Shown: piece by piece, positions 62,201 through 64,000 of the stretch
How the letters are laid out: every line of letters begins with the position of its first letter
How positions within the stretch are numbered: position 1 is the first letter of the stretch
Origin: Podarcis cretensis
Taxonomy: Eukaryota
Length of the DNA: 64,000 bases
Assembly (NCBI GenBank): GCA_951804945.1
Contig: OX638156.1
Span: 39,556,001 to 39,620,000, forward strand
Direction of reading: 5' to 3'
The notes under the pieces: model-generated
Databases searched by the model: none
What the model was told of the DNA's origin: nothing
The model's input: only the letters and a program-made list of their open reading frames with translations
Made by a program: the position numbers and the translations under genes

Positions 62201-64000
62201 ATCGCGCTAGTTTTCGTGAAGATAATGCAAGTACTTATTTCCCATTTCCTAATGTTCTTTTCCCACTTCAGTACCTGTTGCGCTATGGAACTGTTGCTTT
62301 TTTTAACAATATGGCGCCATGTTGCACTAAATTTCATTCATAGCAAGGGGCGTGGTGTGACACAACAGCAGACCTCATCAGACATGTCGCCATCCTTTAT
62401 GTGCAAGTGAACTTCTGTTCCCCCATAATTCACCCAGGAAAATGGCAGGAAGATCTGCCTTCCGGAAGACTGCCCTGAATTTCATCACATGGTGTAATCC
62501 ATGAAAACAACGGGAAAATTACAGCACAAACCTCCCATGATTTCCCAAATTAAGAGGGTTGCAAACACTTTTTTCCCCTTGGAGGCAATCCATATAGAAA
62601 TGAGTGCTAAACTGCATTAGATTCCACTGGATTTCCAGGGCCCTTTTTGTCATGCAGAAGATTGCATAAAAAGTGGAAATTATCAGGTAAGGAAACATTG
62701 GGGAAACAGAATTCAAGTGTTGTCTGAATGCAGCAAGAGAACCAAATTGGTACATTTCTTTGAAACAGGGTAGTGAAAGAAAGAGGTTGGTCGCGGTCTA
62801 TGTTAGGGTGGAATGACCTCCTTCAGGCAACATCATGGAAGATGAAGGCAGGCATCAGAGTCCATGCCTGAATGCTGCAGCAAGGCTTTTGAAAGGGTGG
62901 GGTATCTGGCCTCCACTTCCAGCTCCAAAATATCTCAATGCGACACTGAGCTTGAGGTAAGAAGCTGAACGAGACACCACAAAACGTTTCCTCTCAACCG
63001 ATTCCCATCAGAGTCCACTCCTGCTAGTTGCTTTCCAGCAGGTATTGGATGGAACACAGATGCCACCCAGTGGTAGACGCCATTCCAGTGCTTCACCACA
63101 TGCTGATATATCATCATCGCAGCATTTCAACCTAGGGTGAAGCTCGCCACAACGCTGGCAAACCTGTTGCCTAAATCTGGGTATCTCCATTCACCTAAGG
63201 AGGTCATTCAGCATCTCAGCTAAAAATGCAACATATAGACCATCAAAATACTGTTAAGTGCCAGCAGCAAGAATCTCCAGGGCTGCCTGTGCTTTCCCAG
63301 GGTTCATCTTCCTTGGAATGAAGGTCAGTGGAGAGGGTGGCGTCCTTAGGGAATAGTGTTTCATTTACACTTATAGGATGAAAGGGGTCACAGCCTTAAT
63401 ACCGCAACAGATCTTGCTTCTCCATTAAGTGTCCAGGGGAGCCTCAAGTCCAGCACAGAGGCAGGAGTAAGGTTTAGTTAATAAAGCTCAATACATGCTT
63501 CTGTATCTCCAGCTTCCAGCAACAGCCAAACTCTCACACAATATGGCATGAACTACGCCCCCCCCCTCCATCCTAGGATGACATGGCATCCAGCCAGGTG
63601 AGAAAGGGCCCGTCTATTTTTCTCTCCAGCAACAGGGCAACCTCTTTCTAATCTTAATGGCAGCACTTAACTGGTCAGCTAAGTGCATTACCTGTAAAAA
63701 AAGCACTGGTTTGGCTGGTTTCCTCCTTTAGATTCTACCCCACATTACACAGGGTCAAAAGATTGAAAAGGGTCCTGGGTATCATCTAGACTCACCTTCC
63801 CCCAAACTCATAAAACAAGAAGACCTCAAGGAGGTAGCTTGCAGAATGAGGGTTTAGCTCCCCTCTCCTGCATGCTCCATTTGCTCTTAAAATCAGCCCC
63901 CCCCCGCCCCCGTGTTGCTGGGACTGGCGGAAACCCTGTTGCTGCCACTGCGTAACCCATGCTGTTTGCTCATCGTCAAGTTCAGCCAATGAAAAATCAA

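Noticed and set aside
1-64000. Most of the 60-170 aa ORFs in the supplied track as host genes
   Set aside because: No recognisable domains. They overlap in all frames and many derive from microsatellites (poly-L, -C, -N, HT, RE) or GC-rich MITEs, as expected by chance in vertebrate non-coding DNA.

Overview
Vertebrate nuclear DNA, almost certainly a squamate reptile and probably a lacertid lizard (inferred from Sauria SINEs with a (TTTACC)n tail, Bov-B, squamate-type CR1/L2 tails and squamate hAT/mariner MITEs). I recognise no host protein-coding exon. The window looks like a large intron or gene desert: dense transposon debris alternates with repeat-poor, motif-rich stretches that may be enhancers. 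Almost all ORFs in the supplied track are spurious; the ones with real protein homology are transposon remnants (Bov-B ORF end, L1 ORF2 zinc-knuckle end, CR1/L2 RT pieces). The most notable signal is missing from the ORF track. A frameshifted SGNH-hydrolase ORF end (…DGVHLSNEG…) on the minus strand at 41394-41698 runs into a ~400-bp repeat 'B'. The same repeat occurs at 28708-29094 behind a different, promoter-like segment 'A'. This fits the split-direct-repeat layout of Ngaro (tyrosine-recombinase) retrotransposons, yet the ORF+B piece is flanked by a perfect 32-bp target duplication, which YR integration does not produce. Several nested insertions with readable TSDs and a 132-nt assembly gap are also present. 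Family names are by-eye assignments, not database hits, and boundaries without a TSD are approximate.
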